A stretch of DNA of 64,000 bases from Alphaproteobacteria bacterium (GCA_965237415.1 CBDEFM010000002.1:3936001-4000000), one strand, 5' to 3'. Counted from the first letter of the stretch, positions 49,965-62,798 are shown. Notes: generated from the letters alone by a model not told the origin. Translations and numbers: made by a program.

Positions 49965-50693
49965 TCAGAAGTGTGAGCGGCCATCCGCCTTGCCGAAGCC
50001 GAAGTAGGCCTGCTCCACGCGCTCGTCGGTGAGCTCGCTGCAGTCGCCTTCGAGCTCGATCTGGCCTGAGCGGATGATGTAGATGCGATCGCCGTTCTCC
50101 AGCGCCCGGTGGGTGCTCTGCTCGACGACGAGCAGCGTGATGCCCTCGTCGCGGAGCCCCTTGAGAATCTCGTAGACGGTGTCCACCACCATCGGCGCGA
50201 GCCCGAGCGAGGGCTCGTCGAGCAGGATGAGGCTCGGCCGCGTCATCAGCGCGCGGGCGATAACCAATTGCTGCTGCTCGCCGCCCGAGAGCTTGCCGCC
50301 AGGGGTGGAGAGGCGCCCGCGCAGGAAGGGGAAGCTCTCCATCATGCGCTCGAAATCCGCCCTCACCTGCTTGCGGTCGCGGCGCATCTGGCTGCCCAGC
50401 AGGATGTTCTCCTGCACCGTGAGCTGGGTGAAGACGTGGCGCCCCTCCGGCACCAAAGAGAGGCCCCTGCGCGCGATGATCTCCGGCGCCATCCCGACCA
50501 CAGAGCGGCCGCCCAGCCTGATATCGCCCTGGGCCGGCGGGTGGAGGCCGGCGATGCTGCGCAGCGTGCTCGACTTGCCGGCGCCGTTGGGGCCGACCAG
50601 GCAGACGATCTCGCCTTCGCCCACGGTGAGCGAGACACCGCGCACCGCGCGCAGCCGGCGGTAGCGGACGTGCAGGTCGTCAACTTCGAGCAT
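49965..50693 (-). CDS. livF: Branched-chain amino acid-type ABC ATP-binding protein
   Basis: GPNGAGKSS, VPEGRHVF, LSGGEQQ, DEPSLGLAP, VEQ. Confidence 0.93.
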   Translation of the reverse strand: MLEVDDLHVRYRRLRAVRGVSLTVGEGEIVCLVGPNGAGKSSTLRSIAGLHPPAQGDIRLGGRSVVGMAPEIIARRGLSLVPEGRHVFTQLTVQENILLGSQMRRDRKQVRADFERMMESFPFLRGRLSTPGGKLSGGEQQQLVIARALMTRPSLILLDEPSLGLAPMVVDTVYEILKGLRDEGITLLVVEQSTHRALENGDRIYIIRSGQIELEGDCSELTDERVEQAYFGFGKADGRSHF

Positions 50694-51489
50694 CGGCCGA
50701 TTTTGTTCCCAGATAGGCGCGCATCACGTCTGGATTGACCTGGATCTCCTCCGGCGGCCCCTCGGCCACGGAGCGCCCGCTCTCGATCACGTGGATGCGG
50801 TCGCAGGCTCCCATGATGACCCGCATGTTGTGCTCGATCAGCAGCACGCCGCAGCCGAAGACAGTGGGAATTTCGGCGATGAGACCCATGAGCTCGTCGC
50901 ACTCGGCATCGCTCAAGCCTGCCGCCGGCTCGTCCAGCAGCACGAATCGCGGCGCCATGGCGAGCGCGCGGCCGATGCCGACCCGCCGCTCGTCGCCGTA
51001 GGGCAGCGTGTCCGCCCAATCGTCGGCCCTGTGCGCGAACTTCATCCAGGCGAGGATGCGGGTGGCACGGCGGGCGGCTTCGCGGCGCCCGAGTCCCATT
51101 CCCACTGCCGCCGCCTCCAGATTCTCGATCACCGGCATGTCGCGGAAGAGCCGCACCGCCTGGAAGGTGCGGGCGAGACCGCGCCGCCCGAGCTCGTGGG
51201 GGGGCAGGCCGGTCACATCGTCGCCGCCCAGCTCGACCCGCCCCCGCGTGGGACGCTGGAAACCGGTGAGCACGTTGACGAGCGTTGTCTTGCCGGCGCC
51301 GTTGGGGCCGATGAGCCCAAAAACCTCGCCGTTCTTCATGGAGATCGAGACCCCGTCGACGGCCGCGAGACCCTCGAAATGGACCGTGACATCGAAGGCC
51401 TCCAGCGTGTCGTCGGCCGTGCCGGCAACGGCCAGAGCCGCCGCGCCGGGCCGGGCCGGACGCAACTTGCGTGCGAGCCGATCCATCAT
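50680..51489 (-). CDS. livG: Branched-chain amino acid-type ABC ATP-binding protein
   Basis: GPNGAGKTT, ARTFQ, LPYG, DEPAAG, IEHNM, AYLG. Confidence 0.93.
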   Translation of the reverse strand: MMDRLARKLRPARPGAAALAVAGTADDTLEAFDVTVHFEGLAAVDGVSISMKNGEVFGLIGPNGAGKTTLVNVLTGFQRPTRGRVELGGDDVTGLPPHELGRRGLARTFQAVRLFRDMPVIENLEAAAVGMGLGRREAARRATRILAWMKFAHRADDWADTLPYGDERRVGIGRALAMAPRFVLLDEPAAGLSDAECDELMGLIAEIPTVFGCGVLLIEHNMRVIMGACDRIHVIESGRSVAEGPPEEIQVNPDVMRAYLGTKSADARS

Positions 51490-52622
51490 GGCGCGCCATC
51501 CCGGTGCGCGACGCCCCGCCGCAGGGGGTCGCCGGCGTCCGCGTCTTCCGCGCCGGCATCCCGCGCGATGCGCCCGGCCTTGCCGAAGGGCCACGGTATC
51601 TCGCGCCCGGCCATGATGCCGTCCGGCCGGAAGACCAGGATGATGATCATGAGGCCGGCGATGGTGAGCTCCTGCGCGCCGATCGGCACCGAGAGCACGG
51701 CGACACCCACGTCCATGCCGGCTTCGAGGGAGTTCAGAATCTCGATCAGGGTCGAGATGACCACGACGCCCACGATGGCGCCGCTCAGGCTGCGCTGGCC
51801 GCCTACGATGAGCATGGCGAGCAGGATGAAGGTGATGGTGAGCCAGAAATTTTTGACCGCGATGGTGCCGAGATAGTGCGCCTCCAGAACCCCGCCGATG
51901 CCCATGAAGAAGGCGCTCAGCACAAAGGCGATGAGCCGCTGACGCGGGATGTTGATGCCCGCCGCGCGGGCCGCGAACTGATCCTCGCGCGAGGCGCGGA
52001 GCGCGAGCCCGTAGCGGGAGCGCTGGTAGATGAAGGCGACGAAGAGCGCCACCACCACCCAGGCGAGCGCGATCCACATGTCCACATAGATCGGGATGCC
52101 CGGCATGGTCGCCGCGCCCAGCGTCCATTCGCTCCAGTTTGAATAGAAGGTCTTGAACATGCCGAGCACGGCAAGCGTCGCGATGGCTGCGGCGATGCCC
52201 GAGAGCCGCATGATCGGGATGCCGACGACGAACGCGACAATGGCGGCGAGCAGCGCCGCCGCAATCGCCGACGGCAGCATCGGGTACTGGTGCGCCGCCA
52301 GGAACTCCGGCAGCTGCAGCGCAAAACTCTTGTTGAAGGGGCGGAGCGTGAGCCACGCCACGCCATAGGCGCCGACCATCATGAAGGTCGCGTGGCCGAA
52401 GGCGAGCACGCCCGAGTTGCCGATGAAGATGTAAAGGCCGATCACCATCACGGCGCGGATCAGCGCGGCCGTCACCGCGAGCGCCAGCACCGCGTCGCCT
52501 GTCGCCCAGATGGCGAGCGCGATGACGAGCACGCCGAGCGAGAGCGCGATCGGCGTCCAGAAGGCGCGCAGGCCCACGATCGGCAGGCGCAGGATCGAAT
52601 CGCCCCGGCCCGGTCCGTCCAT
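51486..52622 (-). CDS. livM: Branched-chain amino acid-type ABC permease
   Basis: GVLAFGHATF, RLSG..AAIATLA, ALRASRED..AA..GIN, RPDG. Confidence 0.9.
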   Translation of the reverse strand: MDGPGRGDSILRLPIVGLRAFWTPIALSLGVLVIALAIWATGDAVLALAVTAALIRAVMVIGLYIFIGNSGVLAFGHATFMMVGAYGVAWLTLRPFNKSFALQLPEFLAAHQYPMLPSAIAAALLAAIVAFVVGIPIMRLSGIAAAIATLAVLGMFKTFYSNWSEWTLGAATMPGIPIYVDMWIALAWVVVALFVAFIYQRSRYGLALRASREDQFAARAAGINIPRQRLIAFVLSAFFMGIGGVLEAHYLGTIAVKNFWLTITFILLAMLIVGGQRSLSGAIVGVVVISTLIEILNSLEAGMDVGVAVLSVPIGAQELTIAGLMIIILVFRPDGIMAGREIPWPFGKAGRIARDAGAEDADAGDPLRRGVAHRDGAP

Positions 52623-52623
52623 C

Positions 52624-53538
52624 TCAGACCTTCTCCTCGATCGACTTCACCTTCACGAGGCCGGAGGGTCTCAGCAGCAGGATCAGCAGGATCAGCCCAT
52701 AGACGAAGACGTCGCGGTCGGGACGCATGGCGACCGGCAGCGAGACCTGGAGGACCACGCTCGCGATCCCCACCACGAAGCCGCCGAGAACCGCGCCCGT
52801 GAGGCTCCCCATGCCGCCCACCACGGTGGCGACGAAGGCGAAGAGCACGAGTGGAATGCCCATGCTGTAGGTGAGCGCGCCCACCTGCGAGACGTGGAGA
52901 AGCGAGACCACGGCGGCGAGCATCCCGCTGATGGCAAAGGCGACCGCGATCACCCGGTTGCCGCGGACGCCGAGCAGCCGCGCCGTGGAAAAATCCTCCG
53001 ACGCGGCACGCATCTGGATGCCCATGGCGGTGCGTTTGAGGAAGAGCACGAGGAGCACGAGCAGGCCCATCGTGACCCCGATGGTGACGATCTGCAGGTA
53101 GGGGATGCGGACGCCGCTGATGGGCAGCGCTTCGAGCAGCTCGGGCCAGATGCTCACCGCCTTCACCCGGCCGCCATAGATCATCACCACGAGATGCTCG
53201 AGGAAGAAGCTGAGCGCGAACGAGGTAATCAGCAGAACCGAGGGATCGGCGCGCCGGAGCGGGCGAAAGGCGAGGCGCTCGCAGGCGAGCGCAAACACCA
53301 TGACGATCAGGACGATGGCGCCGACCAGGAGCGGTGCCGGCCAGGCACCGATGAAGGCGACTGCGGCGGCGGCGGTCGACGGCACGATCAGCGCATAGCC
53401 GCCGATCATGATGAGGTCGCCATGGGCGAAGTTGATCAGCCGCATGACGCCGAAAATCAGCCCGATGCCGAGCGCGGTGAGCGCGTACAGGCTGCCGAGC
53501 GCGAGCGCGTCGATGGCGTTCTGGACCAGTCCGGTCAC
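52624..53538 (-). CDS. livH: Branched-chain amino acid-type ABC permease
   Basis: GSLYALTALG, LINFAHG, VVGGMGS, RPSGL. Confidence 0.92.
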   Translation of the reverse strand: MTGLVQNAIDALALGSLYALTALGIGLIFGVMRLINFAHGDLIMIGGYALIVPSTAAAAVAFIGAWPAPLLVGAIVLIVMVFALACERLAFRPLRRADPSVLLITSFALSFFLEHLVVMIYGGRVKAVSIWPELLEALPISGVRIPYLQIVTIGVTMGLLVLLVLFLKRTAMGIQMRAASEDFSTARLLGVRGNRVIAVAFAISGMLAAVVSLLHVSQVGALTYSMGIPLVLFAFVATVVGGMGSLTGAVLGGFVVGIASVVLQVSLPVAMRPDRDVFVYGLILLILLLRPSGLVKVKSIEEKV

Positions 53539-53571
53539 GACGGCCCCTCGGATGAGGAATCGGCAACTGAG

Positions 53572-53609
53572 GCGGAGGCCGGCCCGCCTTGCGGCGAACC
53601 GGCCTCCGC
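53572..53609. other. Stem-loop downstream of the Liv binding-protein gene
   Basis: GCGGAGGCCGG ... CCGGCCTCCGC 11-bp arms. Confidence 0.6.
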
Positions 53610-53619
53610 ACGGTGAGGA

Positions 53620-54852
53620 CTAGTTCTCGTAAAGATCCTCGGTGAAGTCGGGGAAGATGAGCTGCAGCGCCGGCGGATTTTCGGCACCGCCCTTCCCGGC
53701 ATAGCTGCCCTTGCCGTCCTGGATCTGGACGATGGTCAGGACATGGGTGAGGTCGATGTGGGTATCCGCCGTATAGGTGGTCTCACCCCAGAGCAGCGGC
53801 TCCTTGTCGAACTTGTTCATCTCGGCCAGCACGGCATCGGAATCGAGGGAGCCCGCGCGCTCGGCCGCGACCTTGATCATCTGGATCACGCTGTAGCCGT
53901 TGATCGGGAACGAGGTTTCCGACTCGCCGTACTTCTCCCGATAGCGGTCGAAGAACTCGTTCACCTCGGGCCGGGGATCGTCGCCCCAGATCGAGCCGAA
54001 GGAGGCGGAATAGTGGTCGTTCAAGCCCGGGACCGCCTCGGCCCAATAGTCGCCGTCCATCGAATCGCCGCCGCCGATGGGCACGTCGATTCCGGCGGAG
54101 CGAATCTGGCGGATCGCACTCACCGCGCCGCCGCCGTAGGAGCAGAGATAGAGGAATTCGGGCTCGCCCCGCTCGGCCGCCAGCTGCCTGTAGCGGGTGA
54201 TCTGCGAGGCGATTGAGGCGTCCTCCTGCATGTAGCTGTCGACGCCGATCACCGTGCCGCCATAGTCCTTCCACTGCTCCATGAAGCCGTGGCAGATGCT
54301 CTTGTCGTACTCGATCGAAGCATCGAGCAGCAGGTAGGCATTGCGCCAGCCCCTGTCGTGGAAGGCGTACTTGGCCATGCCCGCGCCTTCGCCCTGGCCG
54401 TAGGTATTGAGAGTGAAGGCATAGGGCCCGATGCCCTGCACGCCCATCTTCGCGTCGGATGCGCACGACGAGATCGAGATCATGTTGTTGCTGTTGGCGA
54501 CCGTGGCGGCAGGCGCCCCCATGTCGTAGTCGCAGGAGACGACCATGAAGTGCGCCCCTTGCGCTACCACGTCGGCGCCGGCCTTGGCGCCCTGCACCGT
54601 GTCGGTCTTGGTATCCGAGACCACGGCCCGGATCTGCTTACCGAGGATGCCGCCTTGCTCGTTGAACTCGTCGATGGCCATCAGCGAGCCCTGATAGGGC
54701 GGGCCGTCGTACTGGTTCATCCAGCCGCTGAGGGCGATGGCGAAGCCGATGACCACCTCGTGGTCGTCCGCCTTGGCCTGTTGTTGATGAGCTACCGGCG
54801 CGGCCACCAGGGCCGCAAGCGCCACGAGAGCAGCGAATCTCCCTAACATCAT
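53620..54852 (-). CDS. Leu/Ile/Val-type periplasmic binding protein
   Basis: Signal peptide, IGFAIALSG, NEQGGILGKQI, AAERAGS; start uncertain (54852 or 54885). Confidence 0.87.
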   Translation of the reverse strand: MMLGRFAALVALAALVAAPVAHQQQAKADDHEVVIGFAIALSGWMNQYDGPPYQGSLMAIDEFNEQGGILGKQIRAVVSDTKTDTVQGAKAGADVVAQGAHFMVVSCDYDMGAPAATVANSNNMISISSCASDAKMGVQGIGPYAFTLNTYGQGEGAGMAKYAFHDRGWRNAYLLLDASIEYDKSICHGFMEQWKDYGGTVIGVDSYMQEDASIASQITRYRQLAAERGEPEFLYLCSYGGGAVSAIRQIRSAGIDVPIGGGDSMDGDYWAEAVPGLNDHYSASFGSIWGDDPRPEVNEFFDRYREKYGESETSFPINGYSVIQMIKVAAERAGSLDSDAVLAEMNKFDKEPLLWGETTYTADTHIDLTHVLTIVQIQDGKGSYAGKGGAENPPALQLIFPDFTEDLYEN

Positions 54853-55031
54853 TCCATTCCTCCCATCTTGCCCAGACGCCGTCATGTTCTCGCGATTGTT
54901 CATCGGCCGTCTCGGGCCTGCCACTATAGGCGGGCCGCGGGTGAGCGTCCATGCGACCGGCGGCCCAACTTTCTGCCCCGTTGCGTGCTCGCCTGCCGGG
55001 CGCCTAGGCTTCGAAGCCAGCATGACGGGAG

Positions 55032-57364
<2,333 letters not shown>

Positions 57365-57425
57365 GGCCGCCGGTGTGGTCGAGCTCGGTGCGGCCGCCGA
57401 CCCGATCCAGCCCCGGAGGTGCGAT

Positions 57426-57917
57426 ATGACGACACTCGTGAGGATCCTCGCCGTTATCCTTCTCTTGGCCGGCGTTGGCGCCATTCTCCCTGGTTCGGGC
57501 GCCTTGGCCGCGGGCAGCTCCAGCGGCTCGAGCGATACAGCGTCCCAGGCGGACCAGCGCAATATCGAGCGCGGCAAGCAGGCAATCGAGGCCGGCGACT
57601 GGGAACGCGCCGCGAGCTTTCTCGCGCGAGCAGCGGAGGCCAATTCGCGCAACGCGGACGTCTTCAACCTGCTCGCCTACAGCTATCGCTATCTCGGCCG
57701 GCTCGATGACGCCTTCGCGAACTACGGGAGGGCGCTTGACCTCGATCCTAAGCACCTTGGCGCCCACGAGTACATCGGCGAGGCCTATCTGATGGTCGGC
57801 GATCTCGCCAAGGCCGAGGAGCACCTGGCGACCCTGACGGGGATCTGCGCCTCCTGCGAAGAGACGGAGGAGCTGGCGGAGGCCATCGCGCACTTCAAGG
57901 AAGGCGCGTCGCAATAG
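57426..57917 (+). CDS. Exported tetratricopeptide repeat protein
   Basis: Signal peptide; NADVFNLLAYSYR, ALDLDPKHLGAHEYIGEAYL, C-terminal CxxC. Confidence 0.85.
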   Translation: MTTLVRILAVILLLAGVGAILPGSGALAAGSSSGSSDTASQADQRNIERGKQAIEAGDWERAASFLARAAEANSRNADVFNLLAYSYRYLGRLDDAFANYGRALDLDPKHLGAHEYIGEAYLMVGDLAKAEEHLATLTGICASCEETEELAEAIAHFKEGASQ

Positions 57918-57967
57918 ACCGGGCCGAAGTCCCGCGCTCCGCCGACGACGCACGAGGAGAATCGGCG

Positions 57968-58390
57968 ATGAACGTCCCCTTCTGCGGCGGCTGCGCATGC
58001 GGCGCCACTCGCTACGAGTGTGCGGGCGCGCCGCGCTACATGGGCAACTGCCATTGCCGCGACTGCCAGCAGGCAACCGGCAGTGCCTACATGCCGGTCG
58101 TGGTGGTGAAGGAGAGCGACTTTTCCCTGTTGCGCGGCGAGCCGAGCTGGTTCGAGAGACCCTCGGACAGCGGAAACACCATGGGGCGGGCGTTCTGCCC
58201 CGCGTGCGGCACACCGATGTTTCTGACCAACGGAGGGCACACAGGGGTTCGGGCGGTCTATGCGGGAAGCCTGGACGACCCAAGCTGGTACAAGCCGAGC
58301 CGTGAGATTTACGTGGCGAGCGCGCAGCCTTGGGCTCTCATGCACCCGGACCTTCCCAAGGACGAGGGCATGCCGGGGCGAAAGGGCTAG
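57968..58390 (+). CDS. GFA/CENP-V family protein
   Basis: GGCACG, CHCRDCQ, FCPACGT. Confidence 0.9.
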   Translation: MNVPFCGGCACGATRYECAGAPRYMGNCHCRDCQQATGSAYMPVVVVKESDFSLLRGEPSWFERPSDSGNTMGRAFCPACGTPMFLTNGGHTGVRAVYAGSLDDPSWYKPSREIYVASAQPWALMHPDLPKDEGMPGRKG

Positions 58391-58556
58391 CCCGGAATTC
58401 CGACCGAAGGCATCGAGCCGGCGGCTTGATCGCCGGCGCGGGCGCCGCGCTTGACAAGCCGGCCCGTTCCGTGCGCTTTCCCGATCCGGCCCCGGCCCGC
58501 TCCGGGCACCACCCTCCACACCTCGCTCCAACCTAAACTCCACTGGGCCTCCCGCC

Positions 58557-60356
58557 ATGCATCGATTTCGTACCCACACCTGCGGCGCGCTCAGGCCGTC
58601 CGATGTCGGCTCCACCGTGCGCCTCTCCGGCTGGGTCCATCGGGTGCGCGATCACGGCCACCTCGTCTTCGTGGACCTGCGCGACCACTACGGCATCACC
58701 CAGTGCGTCGCCGAGACAGGCGAGCCGCTCTTCGACGCGGTGACGGCGCTCAAGCCCGAGACCGTGGTGACGGTGACTGGCCCGGTGGTCACGCGCGACG
58801 AAGAGACGGTGAACTCCAAGATCCCGACCGGCGAGGTCGAGGTCCGCATCGCCGCGCTGGAGGTGCAGAACGCCGCCGAGACGCTGCCGCTGCCGGTCCA
58901 CGGCGAGCACGACTACGGCGAGGAGGTGCGGCTCCGCTACCGCTTCCTCGACCTCAGGCGCGAGCGCATGCACCAGAACATGGTGCGGCGCAGCGCGATC
59001 GTCGCCAGCATTCGCCGCCACATGGTCGATCAGGGCTTCATGGAGTGCCACACGCCGATCCTGACCGCGAGCTCGCCCGAGGGCGCGCGCGACTTCCTCG
59101 TGCCGAGCCGCCTCCATCCGGGCACCTTCTACGCGCTGCCCCAGGCCCCGCAGCAGTTCAAGCAGCTGGTGATGGCGTCGGGCTTCGACCGCTACTTCCA
59201 GATCGCGCCGTGCTTCCGCGACGAGGACGCCCGCGCCGACCGCTCCCCCGGCGAGTTCTACCAGCTCGATATCGAGATGGCCTTCGTCGAGCAGGAGGAC
59301 GTGTTCGAAGCGCTGGAGCCGGTCATGCACGGCGTCTTCACGGAATTCACCGAGCGCACCGTCACCCGGCCGCCCTTCCCACGCTTGGCCTACAAGGATG
59401 CGATGCTGCGCTACGGCACGGACAAGCCGGACCTGCGCATCCCCATCGAGATCGTCGATCTGACCGAGCAGTTCGCGGGCGACGCGGTCACCTTCAAGGC
59501 CTTCAAGGGCACCATCGCCAAAGGCGGCGTCGTGCGCGGAATTCCGGTCAAGGGGGCCGCCAGCCAGCCGCGCAGCTTCTTCGACCGCATGATCGCGTAC
59601 GCCCAGAGCCTCGGCGCGCCCGGCCTCGGCTACATCACCTTTGCCGACGGTGCGGGCAAGGGGCCCATCGCCAAGTTCGTGCCCGAGGCGGTGCAGGAGG
59701 AGATCCGCTCGATCGCGGGCCTGGAGGACGGCGACGCGGTCTTCCTGAGCTGCGACAAGCCAGACGCCGCCGCGCGCTACGCGGGCGCCGTGCGGCTCGA
59801 GCTCGGCAAGCGGCTCGACCTGATCGACGAGGACACCTTCGCGTTCTGCTGGATCATCGACTATCCGATGTTCGAGCGCGACGAGGCGACCGGCGCCATC
59901 GGCTTCAGCCACAACCCCTTCTCCATGCCGCAAGGCGGGGTGGAGGCGCTGGAGAGCGACGACCCGCTCAGCGTGCTCGCTTACCAGTACGACATCGTCT
60001 GCAACGGCGTGGAGCTTTCCAGCGGCGCGATCCGCAATCACCGGCTCGACCTCATGGTCAAGGCGTTCGAAATCGCGGGCTACGGCGAGGACGAGGTGAA
60101 GCGCCGCTTCGGCGCGCTCTACCACGCCTTCCAGTACGGCGCGCCGCCCCACGGCGGCATCGCGCCGGGGATCGACCGGATCGTCATGCTGCTCTCGGAC
60201 GAGCCCAACATCCGCGAGGTCATCATGTTCCCGCTGAACCAGACGGCGCAGGACCTGATGATGGGGGCGCCGGCGCCGGTGCCGGCCAAGCACCTCAAGG
60301 AGCTGAGCCTCAAGCTCGACCTCCCGCCCAAGCGGGAGCACGAGAAGGACGAATAG
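58557..60356 (+). CDS. aspS: Aspartate--tRNA(Asp/Asn) ligase, probably non-discriminating
   Basis: RTHTCG, RDHG (His typical of ND-type), [26 protein letters not shown]. Confidence 0.97.
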   Translation: MHRFRTHTCGALRPSDVGSTVRLSGWVHRVRDHGHLVFVDLRDHYGITQCVAETGEPLFDAVTALKPETVVTVTGPVVTRDEETVNSKIPTGEVEVRIAALEVQNAAETLPLPVHGEHDYGEEVRLRYRFLDLRRERMHQNMVRRSAIVASIRRHMVDQGFMECHTPILTASSPEGARDFLVPSRLHPGTFYALPQAPQQFKQLVMASGFDRYFQIAPCFRDEDARADRSPGEFYQLDIEMAFVEQEDVFEALEPVMHGVFTEFTERTVTRPPFPRLAYKDAMLRYGTDKPDLRIPIEIVDLTEQFAGDAVTFKAFKGTIAKGGVVRGIPVKGAASQPRSFFDRMIAYAQSLGAPGLGYITFADGAGKGPIAKFVPEAVQEEIRSIAGLEDGDAVFLSCDKPDAAARYAGAVRLELGKRLDLIDEDTFAFCWIIDYPMFERDEATGAIGFSHNPFSMPQGGVEALESDDPLSVLAYQYDIVCNGVELSSGAIRNHRLDLMVKAFEIAGYGEDEVKRRFGALYHAFQYGAPPHGGIAPGIDRIVMLLSDEPNIREVIMFPLNQTAQDLMMGAPAPVPAKHLKELSLKLDLPPKREHEKDE

Positions 60357-60366
60357 TCTCGCCCGC

Positions 60367-60693
60367 TCAGTGCTGCGGGTTGAAGTGCAGGGGGTCGCAG
60401 GCCTCGATTACCTCGCGGCGCTTGTAGATCTCCACGAGGTTGGCGACCTCAACCGGAGACAGCGTCAGCAGGTAGAGGCGGTGCGCGGGTGCCGGCTTTT
60501 CGTCGCCGTCCGGGACGCCGTCGAGGTAGGCGATGATCTCCTCCATGCGCGGCATCATGGCATCGTAAAAGGCGCCGATCTCCTCCATCGAGGACGCCAC
60601 CTTCTTCGCCGCGCGCGCTCGCTCGGGCTCCAGCGCCCAATCGAGCCAGGGGGCGAGATCCTCGAATGCCTCCGGCAATAGGGCCTCGGTCAT
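60367..60693 (-). CDS. Small conserved hypothetical protein downstream of a Rieske oxygenase
   Basis: 108-aa ORF with RBS (GAGGGG); LPEAFEDL..WAL..R....ASSMEEI.AFYDAM pattern; co-oriented, 32 bp after the oxygenase. Confidence 0.75.
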   Translation of the reverse strand: MTEALLPEAFEDLAPWLDWALEPERARAAKKVASSMEEIGAFYDAMMPRMEEIIAYLDGVPDGDEKPAPAHRLYLLTLSPVEVANLVEIYKRREVIEACDPLHFNPQH

Positions 60694-60725
60694 CGTGCGC
60701 GTCCCCTCCGTCTCGCGACTGCCGC

Positions 60726-61916
60726 TTACGCGTTCCGGTAGAACCCGCAGTGATCCTCCAGCACCTTGTGGAAGTAGCGGATCGGCGTCTCGTCGTCCTG
60801 CAGGATCACGTGCGACTTCGCGCGCGACGCGAGGCCCGCATGGACGTTCTCGTGCGCGATCGTGTCCTCATGCAGCGTGTCCCGGATGAGGCACTTGAAA
60901 TATTCCTGCTGGAAGCGCTCGCGCGTATTCGCGGGCTCCCTGAAGTGCATGCGGATCTCCCAGATCGTCCGATCGATGGCCATGGGCCAGAAGTTGTAGC
61001 TGACATAGCTGGTCGAGTTACCGACATCGAACAGCAAGATGACGAAGTTCGGGAACAGCACGAAGAAGTCGAACTCGCCGATCATCTGCGGGATACGGGT
61101 GACGGGGGCGCCGTTTTCCGCAGCGAAGACGATGCTCTCCAGCGGGGTGAGCTTGTGGGTCGGGTCGTACTCGCACGACCAGACGGAGTGATAGTTGTAG
61201 AGATTGACGTCCTGGAAGCGGCAGTGCCCCTTGTCGTTCATCAGGAAGGCATCGCCCAGGATCCGGCGATGCTGGAAGGGCAGGTGGTAGAGCTCGTTCT
61301 GCGCATCGAGCCCGACCTTCCAGTTGGCGCGCTCGTCCACCAGGTAGGTCTGCATCAGCGGCATCTCGTGGAAGGGGCAACCGTCGAGCTGGTCCGCAAC
61401 GCCGCCGAGGTATGCCCGCAGCGTCTCCACAGGTTCCGGATCCAGGTGGACGAAGACGAAGCCCTCCCAGATGTCCGTGTTCACCGGCGTCAGCCCATGG
61501 TCGCGCTTGTCGAAGTCGAAAAAATTCTCCTCGTCCGGCACGCGGATCAGCTCGCCGGTGTCGCTGTACACCCAGTTGTGGAAGTGGCAGTAGACGCTGC
61601 CGGGGCATGAGCCGCGCTCATCCAGCACCAGTGTGTTGCCGCGGTGCGAGCAGACGTTGAAGAAGCCGCGCACGACGCCGTCCGAGCCCCGGATGATCAG
61701 GACCGAGGTCTTGCAGATGGCGATGTCGCGCACGTAGTAGTCGCCGGCACGCGGGATTTCGTCGACACGGCCGACGTTGATCCAGCACCGGCGGAAGATG
61801 AGGTCGCGCTCGAGCTCGTAGTGCTTGTCGGAGACGTAGGGCTCGGTCGGCACTGGCTCGGTCCCCAGCCCGGGGTACTTCTCCGCCCACTGCTTCTCGC
61901 GCATCACGGTCTTCAT
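60726..61916 (-). CDS. Rieske non-heme iron oxygenase alpha subunit
   Basis: CSHRG...CHFHNW; NWK..DAQNELYHLPFQH; HED ligand. Confidence 0.9.
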   Translation of the reverse strand: MKTVMREKQWAEKYPGLGTEPVPTEPYVSDKHYELERDLIFRRCWINVGRVDEIPRAGDYYVRDIAICKTSVLIIRGSDGVVRGFFNVCSHRGNTLVLDERGSCPGSVYCHFHNWVYSDTGELIRVPDEENFFDFDKRDHGLTPVNTDIWEGFVFVHLDPEPVETLRAYLGGVADQLDGCPFHEMPLMQTYLVDERANWKVGLDAQNELYHLPFQHRRILGDAFLMNDKGHCRFQDVNLYNYHSVWSCEYDPTHKLTPLESIVFAAENGAPVTRIPQMIGEFDFFVLFPNFVILLFDVGNSTSYVSYNFWPMAIDRTIWEIRMHFREPANTRERFQQEYFKCLIRDTLHEDTIAHENVHAGLASRAKSHVILQDDETPIRYFHKVLEDHCGFYRNA

Positions 61917-62112
61917 CGGTCCCCCTTCCGCGCACCCCGGCGCGGCTTCCGATGGGCTCTTCAGGCCACGGACCGCAACGGTAGCACGCCCGCCCACGCC
62001 CGCGCAGCTACCGCTGTCGATACCGCTCTTGTCGGCCGGGAAAAAAGCCTATACGGGGTCCGTGGCCGGCGGAACCGGCCGAGGGGCCGCAAGGGACCGG
62101 GAGGAGACGTCC

Positions 62113-62487
62113 ATGAGCGACAGCTACCAAGGGATCACCGATGTGGTGCAAGACTATTTCGACGGGCTTTACGAGTGCGACCCGGAGAAGCTCGCCACGA
62201 TCTTTCACCCGTCCTGTCATCTGTTCGCGAACATGGACGGCGCATTCGTCGACTGGCCGCGCGAGGAGTGGTTCGAGATCGTGAGGGGGCGTGAGTCGCC
62301 GGCGTCGAAAGGGCAAGCGCGTCACGACCGCATCGTCTCCATCGACATGTCCGACGATAACACCGCCGTCGTGACCTGCGAGTGCGCGATCCATCCGCGC
62401 TACTTCACCGACTTCCTGAGCCTGATCAGGATCGACGGCGACTGGAAGATCGTCTCGAAATCGTTCCGGTTCGACGTTCACGAATAG
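62113..62487 (+). CDS. NTF2-like (putative lumazine-binding) protein
   Basis: YFDGLY, FHP, FTDFLSL, WKIVSK; GAGGAG RBS. Confidence 0.85.
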   Translation: MSDSYQGITDVVQDYFDGLYECDPEKLATIFHPSCHLFANMDGAFVDWPREEWFEIVRGRESPASKGQARHDRIVSIDMSDDNTAVVTCECAIHPRYFTDFLSLIRIDGDWKIVSKSFRFDVHE

Positions 62488-62499
62488 GCGACCCGGCGT

Positions 62500-62574
62500 T
62501 CAGCCGGTGCCGACCGTCAGTTCCACACCGTTGATGGCAAGAACGTCGGCGAGCGTCAGATAGTCCCGCGTCAC
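62500..62574 (-). pseudogene. doc: Doc/Fic toxin remnant (24 codons)
   Basis: GTG overlapping the antitoxin stop; translates (V/M)TRDYLTLADVLAI-NGVELTVGTG, a Doc N-terminus fused to the post-motif LAING segment. Confidence 0.7.
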
Positions 62575-62798
62575 TGCGCGAGCTTCTTGTAAAGCGGCGC
62601 GTAGCGGGCGTGGCTCTTCCGATAGGCGCTCATCACATGCGGCCTGACCGTGCCCTGCCGCCGCTGCTCGATCAGCGCTGCGATCGCCTCTTCGACGAGC
62701 GCCTGGATTTGACGGCCCTCTTGCTTCGCCAGACTTCGCAGGTCGGCGAGCAGCGCGCCGTCGACCAGCGTGGCGAGTTTCTCGCGAGACTGCGGCAT
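62571..62798 (-). CDS. Small antitoxin-like (RHH-type) protein
   Basis: 75 aa; KLATLVD..LL..LRSLAKQEGRQIQALVEEA, SHARY..LYKKLA; stop overlaps the Doc remnant start. Confidence 0.75.
   Translation of the reverse strand: MPQSREKLATLVDGALLADLRSLAKQEGRQIQALVEEAIAALIEQRRQGTVRPHVMSAYRKSHARYAPLYKKLAQ

Noticed and set aside
58391-58556. Possible tRNA or riboswitch upstream of aspS
   Set aside because: No cloverleaf, T-loop or recognisable aptamer; only a TTGACA at 58451 without a clear -10
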